From NCBI GenBank assembly GCA_043228905.1, contig JBHGNT010000013.1, positions 11,842,001 to 11,906,000 of the forward strand: 64,000 bases of DNA. Reading direction: 5' to 3'. Position 1 is the first letter of the stretch; each line of letters opens with the position of its first letter. Shown piece by piece: positions 44,311 to 56,545 of this stretch. The translations under genes were made by a program, and so were the position numbers. Origin of the DNA: Azolla caroliniana (taxonomy: Eukaryota > Plantae > Polypodiophyta). The notes under the pieces were generated by a model. That model was not told where the DNA came from. It did no database searches and was given only the letters and a program-made list of their open reading frames with translations.

Positions 44311-47300
44311 ACGTGTTTTCTCCAAAGTTGATCTGCGTGGAGCGTACAATCTAGTACGCATCAAGCTGGGGGATGAATGGAAAACCGTATTTTGAACACG
44401 GTATGGGCATTTTGAATACAAGGTAATGCCGTTTGGTCTTACTAACGGTCTCACAGTTTTTTAACATATGATGAACGATATATTCCAGGAATATCTTGAT
44501 CTTTTTGTTGTCATTTACCTCGATGATATTCTCATTTTCTTGCCAAACATGGAGGAGCACACTCGGCAAGTCCGATTAGTTCTTGCCAAACTTCGCGAGC
44601 ATGACCTTTATGCCAAATGCGAGAAATGCGAGTTCGACTGTACCTCGATCGAATTTCTGGGCTACATTATCTCGCCCACTGGCATCACCATGGATATGAA
44701 GGTCTCTGTCATTCAGGCGTGGGTGACTCCAAGGCGACTTAAAGATGTGCAATCCTTCCTCGGCTTCGCGAATTTTTACCGTCGCTTCATCAAGGGGTTT
44801 TCCACCCTAGCACAACCTCTTATCGCTCTCACCCATAAAGGCACTCCATTTTTATGGACCTCGGAGGCGCAAAATGCGTTCGACTCACTCAAACACGCAT
44901 TCATCATTGCCCCGATGCTGCTACATGCCGACCCCACAAAACCCTTCCAAGTCTAAACCGATGCCTCTGACTTTGGCATTGGCGCCATCTTATCCCAGGC
45001 AGACGACAACAACCTAATGCACCCAGTGGCTTACTATTCCCGAAAATTTACGGCATCCGAAATCAATTATCCCATTTACGACAAGGAGGTTGTTGTTATC
45101 ATTGCTGCCTTTGAAGAATGGCGACCCTACTTGGACGGCGCACAACATCGTGTCCAGGTAGTGACTAATCATAAAAATTTAGTTTATTTTTCCACCACTC
45201 GTACTTTGAATCGAAGGCAGGCCCGTTGGTCGACATTTCTCGCCGACTACGATTTTGAGATCGTATTTCGACCTGGTGGCCAACATGGGAAAGTTGATGC
45301 CCTTTCTCGCCGAGCTGACCTTGCACTCCGCCCTAGGGATGCTGCTTATGCTCAACAATCTAGACGTTTGTTGAAACCCTACCAATTGCATCTTTTTGCC
45401 ACTTGTATGTTGCAGGATGATTCTTTAGTCCAACAAATCACTGATGCATCCAAGACCGATGCGTTCGCCAACGAGATTCGAGATAGTCTGCAAAACCCCT
45501 CCAAGGCGACCAAAAGGAAGGATCTTGACACCTTCACCATACAAGAGCTTTTGTTGTTCCGAGATCATCTCTTATACGTCCCAGAGGGCCCATGTCGCAC
45601 CCGAGTGTTGCGGGAATGCCACGATGACCCACTTGCAGGTCATTTCGGGGTCGCGAAAACCCTCGAGCTAATCTCTTGGGGGTATTGGTGGCCACAACCA
45701 TGGAAGTTGGTCAAAGAATACATAAAGATTTGTGAGGTTTGTGCTCACTCCAAAGCCATTCATCATCGGCCATACGACTTACTACAGCCGCTTCCATGTC
45801 CTCGTCGTCCTTGGGCCTCTATCTCTATGGACCTGATAACTGATCTACCCTTGGTCAATAACTATGACTCGGTGTTGGTCGTTGTCGATCGGTTTACGAC
45901 GATGGCTCACTTCACTCCATGCTCCAAAACCATTTCCGGAGAAGGAATGGTGCATCTACTACTCAACAATGTGGTACGCTTGCATGAACTCCCCGATGAT
46001 GTCATCTCGGATCGTGGACCCCAGTTTGTCTCTCACTTCTGGCAGCGCCTGCTACAAACTTTCAGCATCTCTGTCAAGTTGTCCTCCGCTTATCACCCCC
46101 AAACTGACGGGCAAACGGAGCATGTCAACCAAATCCTTGAGCAGTATCTTCGGTGCTCGGTTAGTTACCAACAACATGATTGGGTCAACTTACTTTCGCT
46201 CGCGGAATTCGCCTACAATAATTCTCTCCATGCATCGACTGGCGTCACTCCCTTCTTTGCCAACTATGGTTTACATCCTCGCTTCAACATTTCCCTTCCT
46301 ACCACTTCCGTGAACCCTTCGGCAGAGGATCGCGCCCGCATTTTGGAAGAACTACATCATGATTTATCCTTGGAGCTTAGTCTTGCTAGTGAACGATACA
46401 AGAAGCAGGCTGATCGCCATCGATCTTCCACTCCACACTTTGTCGTTGGAGACATGGTCTAGTTGTTACGTCGACACATCTCTACTACTCGTCCATGTGT
46501 GAAACTTGATTACAAGAAGTTGGGACCATTCCGTATCATCGAGTGCATCAATCCCGTCGCCTTCCGGCTCGCCCTTCCATCCCACTTCCGGATTCACGAT
46601 GTTTTTCATGTCTCCCTCCTCGAACCCAATTATGCTTCACAACTCCCAGGACGTCAGGCCCCACCACCACCACCTGTGCAATTGACGACATGGGAGGAAT
46701 ACGAGGTCGACCAAATCCTTGACTCGCGTTGGCACCGTCGACACTTGCAATACCTCGTCCTATGGAGGGGTTACCCCATGTCGGAGGCCACGTGGGAACC
46801 ATCGGCAAATTTACAAAATGCCCTAGAGGTCGTCCAAGATTTTCATCACTGATATCCCCACAAACCAACGGCTGATTTGGGAAGGTGGTGTAGGAGGGGG
46901 GATAATGTCAAGATTCGAACTCTTGACACGACCATGGTATAATCTAGTATTATGAGTTAACCAAGATATCTAGTACATAGTTATGTTTGTAATTGATCCT
47001 TATTATTTTGCTAGCATCATGTGCATAGTTGCTCCCTTTTAGTATTTACACTTGGCACATGCATGCATACCTACATGCTCTATTGTAGATTCACATGCGT
47101 GCAACAAGTATGCATGCCATGTAGTATAAATAGAGGAGTTCACCTTGAAGGAATTCAAGGTGAACAACACCAGTTATGGAGTCTTTCCTTTAATACTATC
47201 TTCTTTCTTGTCCATTTGGTTATCTTCTTGCTTGTCCCTTGAGCTTATGATCCGCGACACCGGGGACTCGGAAGGAGGACAGGCGCGGTCCGGAAGTCTA

Positions 47301-49775
47301 CGGGTCGGGGCTGGTAAGGAGCGGACGAGACGGTCGGGTGCTGGTAAGGCAGAGGAACCGATTGATCATTGTCGCCGAAATCTCTCACCCTTTTCCTTTC
47401 TTGGCACATACCGGTGGATGTGCGGTTTGGTGGGGGTGGATGTCGTGAAGATTTCCGACTATAGTGTGAAACCGAGGTGGAATGGGCAAGTCGGTGGTGT
47501 GCAACATGTGCACATGTATAGTATGAAAATGGTGTATAGAATAAGGGGGAGTATTTATCCCACATTGTAATGCATCCCTCTCCTTGGTCTATAAATGGAG
47601 GGGAGCACCTCTTGTGAAAGGGGTTGCCGATTCCGGATCGAAGCCAACAAAGCTTAAGGACTCCACCATCCGTCTCCCTAGTCCAAGACTCCCGCGGTCT
47701 CGCCTAAGATCCTACACGTACCCGCGGAAATCTGCGACAACGGGCAAGAGTGTAAGATAGCTGGAACCGGGGAGGTTCCCATCAGATTGCCAAATGGCAA
47801 CACAATAACCTTACACCAAGTTCGGCACGTACTTGATCTAAAGAGGAGTCTGGTCTTCATCGGCATGCTAGCCGAAGACGGGTATCGAATGACTCTACAC
47901 AAGTCGACATGGGTGATCAGCTGGGGAAACCTAAAAATTGGGAGTGGGTACAAGTACAACAATTTGTACCCATTGATGGTGATCAACCCTGAAGGGGCTG
48001 TGAACGTAGCCAAAAAGACCAACCCGAACCTATGGCATGGCCGACTTGGCTATATGTCACAAGCCGGACTTGATCGACTGATGTTGGTCGGCTACATTTC
48101 GAAACTCTAGGCAAAGATGGACTTTTGCGAGCATTGTTGATATGGGAAATAGACCCGAAGTCTGCACTCTCTCCACTACGAGATGGTACGACAACCCCTA
48201 GAGCTCGTGCACACAGACATATGTGGGCCCATGTCAGTGTGATCACTAGGAGGTTCCCGGTACTTCATCACATTCGTAGATGACTGTACAAGGAAAGTTT
48301 GGGCATACTCCATCAAGTCCAAAGATGAAGTGCTCAAGGTCTTCACTCGATGGATACCTAAAGTGGAGAACTGGTTGGGACACAAAGTGAAGACACTTCG
48401 ATCCGACAACGGAGGTGAGTACAACTCTAGAGCCTTCAAACAGTACGTGTCCGAAAAAGGGATCCGGCATCAAAAGACCATTCCTTACACACCCATGCAG
48501 AATGGGGTGGCTGAACGGATCAAGCAAACGATCCAGGAGAGGGTGATGGCAATGCTCCAGCAAGCCGGACTGAAGCCGGAATTCTGGGCCGAGGTATTGC
48601 AGACGGCAGTGTACCTGATAAATCTATTGCCGTCTAGAGCAATCAGGCTCGAAGTGCCACTGGCACTATGGTCAGGCAAACAACCGACCTACAATAGGCT
48701 CTGTATATTCGGATGTGAAGCCTATGCGTTCATCCCCAGGGACAAAAGGACAAAGTTGGTACCCCATGCAACATTTGCATATTTCTCGGTTATGGAACCG
48801 ATGGGAACTTCGGCTACCGACTATGGGACCCTAAGAACCGGAAATTGATCCGAAGCAATAACGTAGTCTTCAATGAAGACTGCATCTTCTCTCAACGGAA
48901 CCAACAGAAAACAGTAGGCGAGAAGGTATCCTTCGAAGATGACGTCATCATAGAGAGATCGACCCACCGGGCCGAATCAAAGAGTCAACAAACAGTTGAA
49001 CTCCAACCAACTGACAACGTCCTAGTCGACACCGAATTGGCAATAAGTCCCAATGTCGAACTCAAAGACAAAGCCGAATTGACAAGAGTCGACAAAGGCA
49101 GAGTCATTAAGAGGCAAGTCAGAACTGAGTCAACGACAACCACAGGGGAGAACAACTAGACACCGCCGAAATCCCAAACCGGGGGCGGAATACCGAACAA
49201 GACTCCTGACTCAACTGGTTTAACAAATGCCGATCGTAAAAAAGAAGCGATCGAAGAATCAAAACCAGATATTACGGCACCTAGTAGATCTGGACAAGCT
49301 CGAAGGCAAACAGAGTTTTATCAACTGGGCCTCGACTACGTCAACTACTCGGATGCAGGCGAACCAAGCACATATGACGAAGTTATGGCCACACCAGACG
49401 CCGAAACATGGCTGCAAGCCATGAAATCCGAAATGGACTGGATTCATCAGAATAAGACATGGGAACTGGTCGAACTACTAGCAGGAAGAAAGCCGCTCCC
49501 TTGCAAATGGTGTTCCGATACAAGTATGTATCCAACTCAGAGAAACCCAAGTACAAAGCTCGGCTTGTCGTGAAAGGATTCAAATAGGAATACGAGGTCG
49601 ACTACGACGAGATATTCTCACCAGTAGTCAAGATGAACACCCTTCGACTCCTACTAGGAGTCGTAGCGATAGAAGACCTAGAGCTCGAGCAGATGGACGT
49701 AAAGACAGAATTCTTACACAGAGATCTGCAAGAAGACATATACATGTCTCAACCGGTAGGCTTCATGGCGACCAG

Positions 49776-52700
49776 TGTTGAAGACAAGGCCGTGTCGATG
49801 CGGAAGATCAAGTAGCATTCGATTGGGGTTGAGTACCTGCGTATGACAGTTTCCAAGATCGTGCACAGAGATAGAGAGGGAGAGAGAGAGGAGGCACAAA
49901 AGACTCTTTCTATTCAATAGAAACAATAATACAACCAACCTTACAAAAAGGTTACTAGGTCACTTTATATAGTGACAAACTTAGGGCAACTACCATTTAT
50001 GCTAATTACACAAATGGCCCAAACTTGAGCTATACAAAGGGATAGTGTGAGTACGTCCATTATACACTTGTATTCGACACTCCCCCGTAATGGGCGTATA
50101 CATGGGTTATCTAAGATTACAGGTATAAACCTAGGTTCTCGGACATATCAGTTTTGTTCGAGTCGGCAGGGTCCGAAGGCAGAAGGCCGGACTGGTCGGG
50201 TCGGAAGAGTTGAAGCCGATCATTGAGGAACTGATGTCGGTTGTCTGAAACCATCCTGCGCTGTGTTCGGCTCTAACCGGACTGGTTTGTCGTTACGCCC
50301 ATCTGATGCCGAAGGGACCGAAAGCGGTCTGCCGAAAGACACTTGGTCATTCCATCTGCGACATTGTCGGTTGTGGATATTTTCTCTAGACCGATTTTCC
50401 CTGAAATGACGCAGTCCCGAACGAAGTGATATCGAACGTCGATATGTTTGGAGGCGTTGTGGTGAACCGGATTTTTCGACAAGGCAACAACACCTTGACT
50501 GTCGCTATAGACAACTGGGGCCGAGTCATGGTCGACTTGTCGAAACGTGTGCGCCAGCCGGCCGAGCCACAAAGCTTCTTTTGCAGCGTCGGACGCAGCT
50601 ACATATTCTGCTTCGGTCGTTGAGGTCGCTGTGCACTCCTGAAGTTTCGACTTCCACGAAATTGCTCCATTGCCGAATTTGAAGCAGTATCCAGTTGTTG
50701 ATTTCCGACTGTCTATACAGCCGGCGAAGTCCGAGTCGGTGTAACCGACTACGCCCGAGGTTGAGTTCGGACCGAAAAGAATGCCGTGGTCTTTTGTGCC
50801 AGCCAGATATTTGAACACATGCTTGACTGCGTTCCAATGCGATCGGCCAGGATTGTGCATAAATCTGCTAACGACTCCTACGGCATGAGAAATATGAGGC
50901 CGTGTCGCGACCATCAGGTACATAAGGGAGCCGACTGCCGGTGCATACGGTACCGACTTCATATCTTCCCCCTCCGGACCGGATGTCGGGCAGTCTCGCT
51001 GAGAGAGCCGAAGATTCATGGGGAGCGGGGTTGAAGCAGATTTGGCTGATTGCATGTTGAAGCGTTCCAAGACACGTCCGATATAGTCGGTCTGAGACAA
51101 AAAAAGATGTCGTTTATCGCGATGCCGACTAATCTTCATGCCAAGTATGTGTCGTGCCGGACCGAGGTCCTTCATGGCAAACTTCAACCGCAATTGCCGA
51201 ATGAGATCGGCAAGTTCGCCCGCGTGGCGTCCAGAAATTAGCATGTCGTCCACGTAAATGATGAGGAAGATGGGTGATCCATCTTGAGCTGTGTTGGTAA
51301 AAAGACAATGGTCCTCATCGCTTTTTGAGAAGCCGATCGATTGGATGAAGTCGTCGAACTTCTTGTACCATTGTCGCGGTGCCTGTTTGAGGCCGTATAG
51401 ACTCTTCCTGAGTCGGCAGACTAGATGTTCTTGGCCAGTTGCCACGAAGCCTTTTGGCTGCTCCATATAAATTTCCTCTTCAAGATCACCATGGAGGAAG
51501 GCTGTTTTGACATCTAGCTGAATCAGCTCCAAGTTGTCGGCTGCCACTACGCCGAGTAGAAAACGAAGGGTTGTCATTTTCACCACTGGTGAAAAAATCT
51601 CGTCGAAGTCGACGCCATATTCTTGTCGGAAGCCCTTCGCAACTAATCTGGCCTTGTACTTTGGGGTGGTCGAATCAGACGTCTCTTTTAGTCGATAAAC
51701 CCACTTGCAAGGAAGAGCACGTCGATTCTTAGGTAATTCGACCAGATCCCAAGTCTTGTTTGCCCGAATGGAGTGCATTTCCGACTCCATCGCCAGATGC
51801 CAGGTGGCTGAATCGACAGATGTCGATGCTTCTTCGTAAGACGTCGGTTCGCCGGCGTCGGTGAAGAAAATTCCAGGAGAATACCTTTCCGGAGGTTGCG
51901 ACAGTCTCTCGGATCGTCGAGGTATGATTGGACTGGTCGTATCGGGTATCGAGGTCGGATGGTCCGAGAGCGAATTATTCTGCTGTGCCGAGTCAGAGTT
52001 GTCCGAGTCGGTAGTGTAAGGTTCAGCTACCCGTGAAGCTGACCGTGTGTTAAGAGCGGGGCCTTCTTGAAGGGTCGGCACATCGGAAAATGTTACCCTT
52101 CGGACTTCGATCGGTGTTTGGACTGATGGATTAATAGCCGACTCGTTGAACACAACGTCCGAACTTCGAACGATTTGTCTGCGTTCGGGGTCCCAGAGTC
52201 GGTATCCCATTTCGCCGTCTGATCCATATCCAAGGAAAATGCATTTCCTGGACCGAGGTGCAAGTTTTCGGCGATCATCTTTCGGAATAAGGGCGTACGC
52301 CTCGCATCCGAAGATCCTCAGCTTGTTGTAATTCGGCTTACTGCCGATCCATAGTTCCTGAGGAATTTGAAGTCCTAGAGGCCTGCTTGGCGACATATTG
52401 ATTATGTGTACTGCCGTGAGTAGAGCCTCTGCCCAGAAGCCATCCGACAGTCCGGAGTGTTGGAGCATGGAAACTATCCGTTCTTGGATTGTCCGATTCA
52501 TGCGTTCTGCAATCCCGTTTTGCTCCGGACTGTGTGGTGCTGTAAATTCACGTCGGATGCCGCGTTGTCGGCATATTTTGACGAATTCTTCTGATTTGAA
52601 CTCTCCCCCATTGTCGGTCCGAAAGCATTTCAGTTTTCGGTCAGTTTGATTTTCTACCATAGCGAGCCAATCGGAGAAGATCGAGAAGACACGATCTTTG

Positions 52701-55149
52701 GTGCGAATTGGATAAGCCCACACCTTTCGAGTCGAATCGTCAATAAAACTGACGAAGTAAGAGGCACCGCCGAGAGACTGATGCGGCATTGGGCCACAGA
52801 CGTCCGAGTGGACTAAATCGAGAGGTCTCGTTTCTCTTGGTGCTTATGTCGGGTGTGATGCGGCTGCCTGTTTGCCATACTGGCAATGTTCGCAGAATTG
52901 ATGGTCCGAGAAGGAGAGTTTAGGGATGTATCCGGCTCTAGATAGGTGCGTAATGCCGGCCTTGCTGAGGTGTCCTAATCTTCTGTGCCATAGTGATGAC
53001 ACAGGAATATCCACCAAAAACAGGTTACCCTCTCTGAGCATAACATGTAACGGATACAGTGAGTGTATCTTGGGTCCTCTAGCAAGCAGGAGGTTCCCCC
53101 TGTGGAGTGTCCACCCTCCCGAAGAAAAACCGGCACGAATGCCGTCTTCATCTAGTTGTCCGACTGAGATCAATGGCCTTGAGAGCTCGGGTACATGTCG
53201 GACATTGTGAAGTACAAGTGTAGAGCCACCTGCAAGGTTGAGCTCTACTGTGCCGATTCCAATGATGTCACAGTGTTGCGAGTTGCCGACTCGAACTGAG
53301 TCGGAGTGACGGATCGTATATTGCCGAAATTGGGATCGATGAGGAGTCACGTGAAATGACGCGCCCGAATCTAAGAGCCATGTGCTCGATTCTTCAGTCG
53401 TGAGCAGAACTTCTGATCCGACTGGATTTTCGATTGATAGTATATTCGGGTCGTTTGGTAGCACATCAGCTGAGAAGCTGACGTAATTGATCTCCTCATG
53501 CCGGCCACTCTTCTTGTCTGATTTCTGAGACTTGTCGTTCTTGTTCTTGAGTGCGCGGCAGTCGGCTTTGATGTGTCCGGGTTTCTTACAATAGTTGCAG
53601 ATTCGATTATCCCGTGACTGGCTCCGTCTTCGCTGATTGTTCGACTGCCGTGAGGAATCTCTTCCTCGTACGTTCGATCGGTCTGTCGAACCTTGTACTA
53701 CATAAGCGTCGTCTGTTGAGTCTTTGGCGAAAGACTTTCTCCGAGCTGCTTCGGTCAGGATTGCGCTCGTGACTTCGGAGTATTTAACAGCCGTGGTTGA
53801 CGCGTTGCACACGGTTGTGACGAAAGTTTCCCATGATGAGGGAAGGCTGCTCATGAGTATCATTGCTCTGAGTTCATCCTCGATTGCCGTCCCCTGAGAT
53901 GAGATTTGGGAGCTTATGCTTTCGTACTCATTGAGATGTGCTTGAACCGAATCTGATTCTTTCATCCGCAAGTTGTAGAGGCGCCGGATCAGAAACATCT
54001 TCGTTGCAGCGACCTTCTTTTCGTAGGTGTCCGACAGTGTTTTCCACAGTTCGAATGCTGTCGTACACGATTGCACCGTAAAGTATACCGATTCCGATAG
54101 GTGCATCCGAATCATGGCGCGGACGATTCTGTCCAGCTTCTGCCACTCAATTGGTTTGTATCCTTCTGGAGGTGCTTCATTTTCGATGGGATCGATTTGC
54201 CCCTTGACTATGAGATAGTCCTGCATTTGCTCCTTCCAGAAGTTGAAGTTCGATCCATCGAACTTTCGTAGACTCATTTCTGACGAGCCGGATGTTGATG
54301 TCATGACTCTGCCCTAAGTCGGCTACGAACTTTGGTGAAGTGCAGCGGTTTGGCCCACTCAGTGTCGTTCTAGCCGAAGTTGGATACAAGTGATGTTGAT
54401 TATGGAGAATCGGGGATTTGGTTCGGATTGACTACCGACAACTGTCTTAGTCGAGTTGAACCTAGATTTAACGATCCGACAGTACTTCAAGCCGATTCGG
54501 TTTCGGTTGACTGCAACGGTGAGAGCAATGGAACCGACTGGTCCTTGCGATTATTGTCCAATCGAATGAAACACGAACTGGGGTTGTCCTTGAAGTCGTC
54601 GTTGTGCAGGAAGCCCACCTCAAGCAGTTACGATCAAGGAAGTAGAGTACAGCCGACTGGCTTACTCCGAGTGATGATCTAACGCAGCGAGATTCAAGCT
54701 TGTGTTTGCCTACTTTCTTCTCTGTTTCTTCGAATGACGCAAGAAACCGAATGCTTTGCAGACTAGGATGAAGCGAAAGGCCGAATACTGTGCAGGCTGT
54801 GATGACGGCCGACAGCGGGTTGAGGGACCTCGCTCTGATACCAAATGTTGAAGACAAGGCCGTGTCAATGCGGAAGATCAAGTAGCATTCGATTGGGGTT
54901 GAGTACCTGCGTATGACAGTTTCCAAGATCGTGCACAGAGATAGAGAGGGAGAGAGAGAGGAGGCACAAAAGACTCTTTCTATTCAATAGAAACAATAAT
55001 ACAACCAACCTTACAAAAAGGTTACTAGGTCACTTTATATAGTGACAAACTTAGGGCAACTACCATTTATGCTAATTACACAAATGGCCCAAACTTGAGC
55101 TATACAAAGGGATAGTGTGAGTACGTCCATTATACACTTGTATTCGACA
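49776..55149 (-). mobile_element. Copia-4: young copy of the Copia-3 family in opposite orientation
   Basis: 304-bp LTRs 49776-50079 and 54846-55149 (one difference seen); TSD ACCAG; Met PBS at 54832-54843. Confidence 0.98.
50273..54304 (-). pseudogene. Copia-4 gag-pol with a single premature stop (TCA>TAA at 52844-52846)
   Basis: Protein nearly identical to 37455-41486; split into 486 aa and 838 aa in-frame ORFs. Confidence 0.93.
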
Positions 55150-56545
55150 ACCAGGGAGGACAATCACCTCGTATGCAGACTAAAGAAAAGTCTATATGGC
55201 CTCAAACAAGCACCGAGAATGTGGTACCAGAATTTTGACTCCCAGATAAGGCAGCTTGGATTCAACAGATTAGACTCCGACCCATGCATGTATGTTCGGC
55301 AACTGGCCGACGAGTCCAGGATCTATCTGATCCTTTATGTCGACGACATGTTGATTCCAGGGAGCAATCAAGCAGAGATCGGAAAGCTCAAGCAGAGCCT
55401 TCACGCAAAGTTTGCGATGAAGGAACTAGGAAAAGCCCGACACATATTGGGCATGAGGATAGAGCGAAATTGGACGACCAAGACTCTCCGACTCTCCCAA
55501 TCCGACTACATCCGCAAGGTGCTGAAGTGCTTCAACATGGAGAACGTGAAGCCAACACCGACACTGCTTCCGACGTCGATCAGACTATTGGATAGAGACT
55601 CTCCTACAACGGACAATGAGAGAGAGCTTAATGGAAAGATACCCTATGCATCGGCAGTAGGAAGTATCATGTAGGCAATGGTGGCGACCCGACCCGACCT
55701 AGCCTATGCCGTAGGGGTAGTCAGCCGGTACATGTCAAACCCAGGAAAGAAGCATTGGGAGGCCGTCAAGCACATTCTTAGGTATTTGAAAGGAACCACG
55801 GATGCACAACTGACATTCGGTTCGACAACATCAACCGAAGTCGAAGGCTACACCGATTCCGAGTACGCTGGAAACACAGATAATCAGAAATCGACATCAA
55901 GCTACATATTCACCTATGGTGGTGGTGCAATATCATGGAGGTCGAAACATCAAGAGTGCACGACTCTGTCTACCACAGAAGTCGAGTACATAGCAGCATC
56001 GAAGCAACAAAGGAAGCGATATGGCTGCACCAACTGTCTGCCGACTTCTGAACTGCAAACCGAATAGACCGACCAACGCTAACCATGTATTGCGACTCAC
56101 AACGCGCAATACAGCTCATCAACAATCCCGTCTACCATGTCAAGACGAAGCACATTGAGGTGAGGTATCATCATATCCGAGAGCTCGTGATTGAGAAGAA
56201 ACTCGAAGTCCGGAAGATCGACACCGAGGAGAACATCGCCGATTGCCTGACGAAGCCACTCCTAGATCAACGCTTCGGAATGCTAAGGACGAAGATGGGG
56301 CTACGACAAGCGACCGAGCAGAAGAAAGCCGAACGAGGAGCAGAAGGTAAGAGCGGACCAACACTCATACTATACCTCTGCCGATTCGGCTACTTGCCGA
56401 CAGACTTGTAACATAAGATCCAGTTAAATTTGTAATCTAGGTTTACGGGAGAGATAACCCCAAGCACTTGTACATGCAAGAAAGAGTAGTCCTTTTACGG
56501 GGGAGTTTGTTGGCATAAAAGGCTGACTTCTTCCAAGTTGTATCC

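Larger units (their letters stand above)
34760..47259 (+). mobile_element. Gypsy-2: degenerate Tcn1-like chromovirus, interrupted by Copia-3 and element C
   Basis: LTRs 34760-35113 and 46906-47259 (about 9 differences); TSD CCGGG; PPT AGGAGGGGGGATAA; RT YLDD, RNase H, integrase (45017-46462), chromodomain EYEVDQILDS..YLVLWRGY. Confidence 0.95.
31296..47739 (+). mobile_element. Element B: non-coding, GC-rich (LARD-like) member of the Trp-primed family, interrupted by Gypsy-2
   Basis: LTRs 31296-32311 and 47441-47739 (the latter internally deleted); PBS TGGTGAACTCGATGTGA at 32316-32332; same PPT as element A; TSD ACAG/ACGG; removing it restores Copia LGNGQECKIAGTG. Confidence 0.88.

Noticed and set aside
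52844-52846. Programmed stop-codon read-through in Copia-4
   Set aside because: The sister copy has TCA (Ser) here and the stop lies inside the integrase region, so it is a simple nonsense mutation.
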